From the NCBI GenBank assembly GCA_951406725.2, contig OX597814.1:30132001-30196000 (forward strand): a stretch of DNA of 64,000 bases. The letters are read 5' to 3'. Of this stretch, positions 62,378-64,000 are shown one piece after another. Both the position numbers and the translations under genes were made by a program. Position 1 is the first letter of the stretch. The number at the start of each line of letters is the position of its first letter. The DNA is from Octopus vulgaris (lineage: Eukaryota). A model generated the notes under the pieces. That model searched no databases, was not told where the DNA came from, and saw only the letters and a program-made list of their open reading frames with translations.

Positions 62378-64000
62378 CATATTGTTTTGATTTTATCATG
62401 CATTATCTTATAGCTTTGAGATTTTGATGAGGTAATTGTTTATTTTCAGAATGGTGTTACTTGGTTGGTGTAAGAGGCTAGATCTGGCTGGTTTGAACAT
62501 AAAACAGGTAGAATACTTTGGCCAGATATAGCTGGATATGGCTGGTTTAAATGCTAAATGGTTAAAGAGAGATTCATCATCATCATCAAATGTCTGTTTT
62601 CTACACTGGCATGGGTTGGACTTTTTTAACGGGAGCTGGCCTGCTGGAGAGCTACCTGGGCTCCAATTGTCTGTTGTGCCATGGTTTCTATATCTGGGTA
62701 CCCTTCCTAATGCCAGCCACTTTACAGAGTATACTGGGTACTTTTATGTGGCACCAGGACATGTGCTTTAATGCAAAATGATATACAACCACCACAAGGT
62801 CCAGTCCTTGGGGCAGTTTGGTGGCTTCTGTGCCTCAGTGGCTGTGAACTATTCCACAGAATGCTGGACATGTCAAAAGATGGAGACCAGCCTAATATTA
62901 ACCAACTGACTGAAAAATATGATAAAGAGCCCATATCAGTTTTTGATCCTTATGGGGTCTCATTGGAAGTACCTACATCACTTGACCATTCCCAGAGAGT
63001 AGCCAATCCAGCGAACTAGAGTTACTATTTATACTCGAAGTGTTTAACAGTTTCTTTAATACATGTGTATGTGTGTGTGAGAGTCTGTATGCATTTATAT
63101 GTATGTAAATATGTAAAAGCACATGTCTAAGTGGTTAGGGGTGATCGGCTCACAATCGTAAAATCATGAGTTTGATTCTTCACCATTCATTGTGTCCTTG
63201 AGCAAGACACCTTATTTGATATTGCCCCAATATCAATATTGGGGTAATATCAATATTACCCCAGTATTGTAATGGCAAATATCAATATTTGCCAATATCA
63301 ATATTGGCAATATATCAATATACTGCCAATATATATCGATATATATATAGTCATATAGCAAAAATGAGTTGTATCTGTTTTACACATTCTTTTATTTGTT
63401 TATTTGTTTCAGTCATTTAACTGCAGCCATGCTGGAGCACCACCTTTAGTCAAGCAAATCAACCCCAGGACATATTCTTTGTAAGCCTAGTACTTATTCT
63501 ATTGGTCTCTTTTGCTGAACTGCTAAGTTATGAGGATGTAAACATACCAGCATCGGTTGTCAAGCAATGGCGGGGGGACAGACACACAAACACACACACA
63601 CAACAGGCTTCTTTCAGTTTCCATTTACCAAATCCACTTACAAGGCTTTGGTCAGCCTGAGGCAATCATAGAAGACACTTGCCCAAGGTGCCATGCTGTG
63701 GGACTGAACCCAGAACCGTGTGGTTGCTAAGCAAGCTTCTTACCACACAGCCACTCCTGCACCTATATGATTTAAATAGATTGACACAACCAGTTGATGC
63801 ACATTGTAAATAACTATATTCATATTTAATCAATCCCTCATTTGATCAACTAAAATGCTATTGACTGAGAAGTGTTAAATGCCATTCTATTCTTATCAAA
63901 TCCAGAATACCTCAGCAAAAATTAGCATACATTGTAACAGAGTGGGATATGTTTTCTAGCAATAAATTCAAGCAGACTAACTACTACTTTATTGATCAGT

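Noticed and set aside
62722-63019. Possible additional nrf-6 exon or small gene (ORFs 62771+, 62722-)
   Set aside because: No NRF-6 motif and no convincing splice sites in the required phase.

Overview
AT-rich, microsatellite- and transposon-dense animal DNA, most likely an octopus (inferred from the SINE complement and repeat style). The only host genes I can support are two tandem minus-strand paralogues of the nose-resistant-to-fluoxetine-6 (NRF-6) / O-acyltransferase-like family. Copy A contributes its last five coding exons (61925 to the stop at 45868) and copy B its first three (ATG at 25415, continuing past 5555). All eight exons have phase-consistent GT-AG junctions. The rest is interspersed repeats: at least three tRNA-derived SINE families, an RTE-LINE-linked 3'-end family, and a ~555-bp element that always sits in (TAA)n. 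There are also decayed RTE, R4-like, CR1, Penelope, mariner/Tc1, hAT and Helitron pieces, piggyBac and Tc MITEs, and two minisatellite arrays (68-bp and 62-bp units). The most interesting signals are: (i) a set of short, often fold-back, Penelope-derived elements in (TA)n tracts that carry minimal hammerhead-ribozyme-like folds with variant cores; (ii) the (TAA)n-targeting element, one copy of which has its terminal 68 bp amplified ~14-fold; (iii) a repeated hairpin plus H-type pseudoknot module in the RTE-linked family; (iv) inverted repeats closely flanking nrf-6 exons (ADAR/circRNA candidates). All structural RNA calls were made by eye and are unverified. TE boundaries are approximate unless TSDs or TIRs are given.
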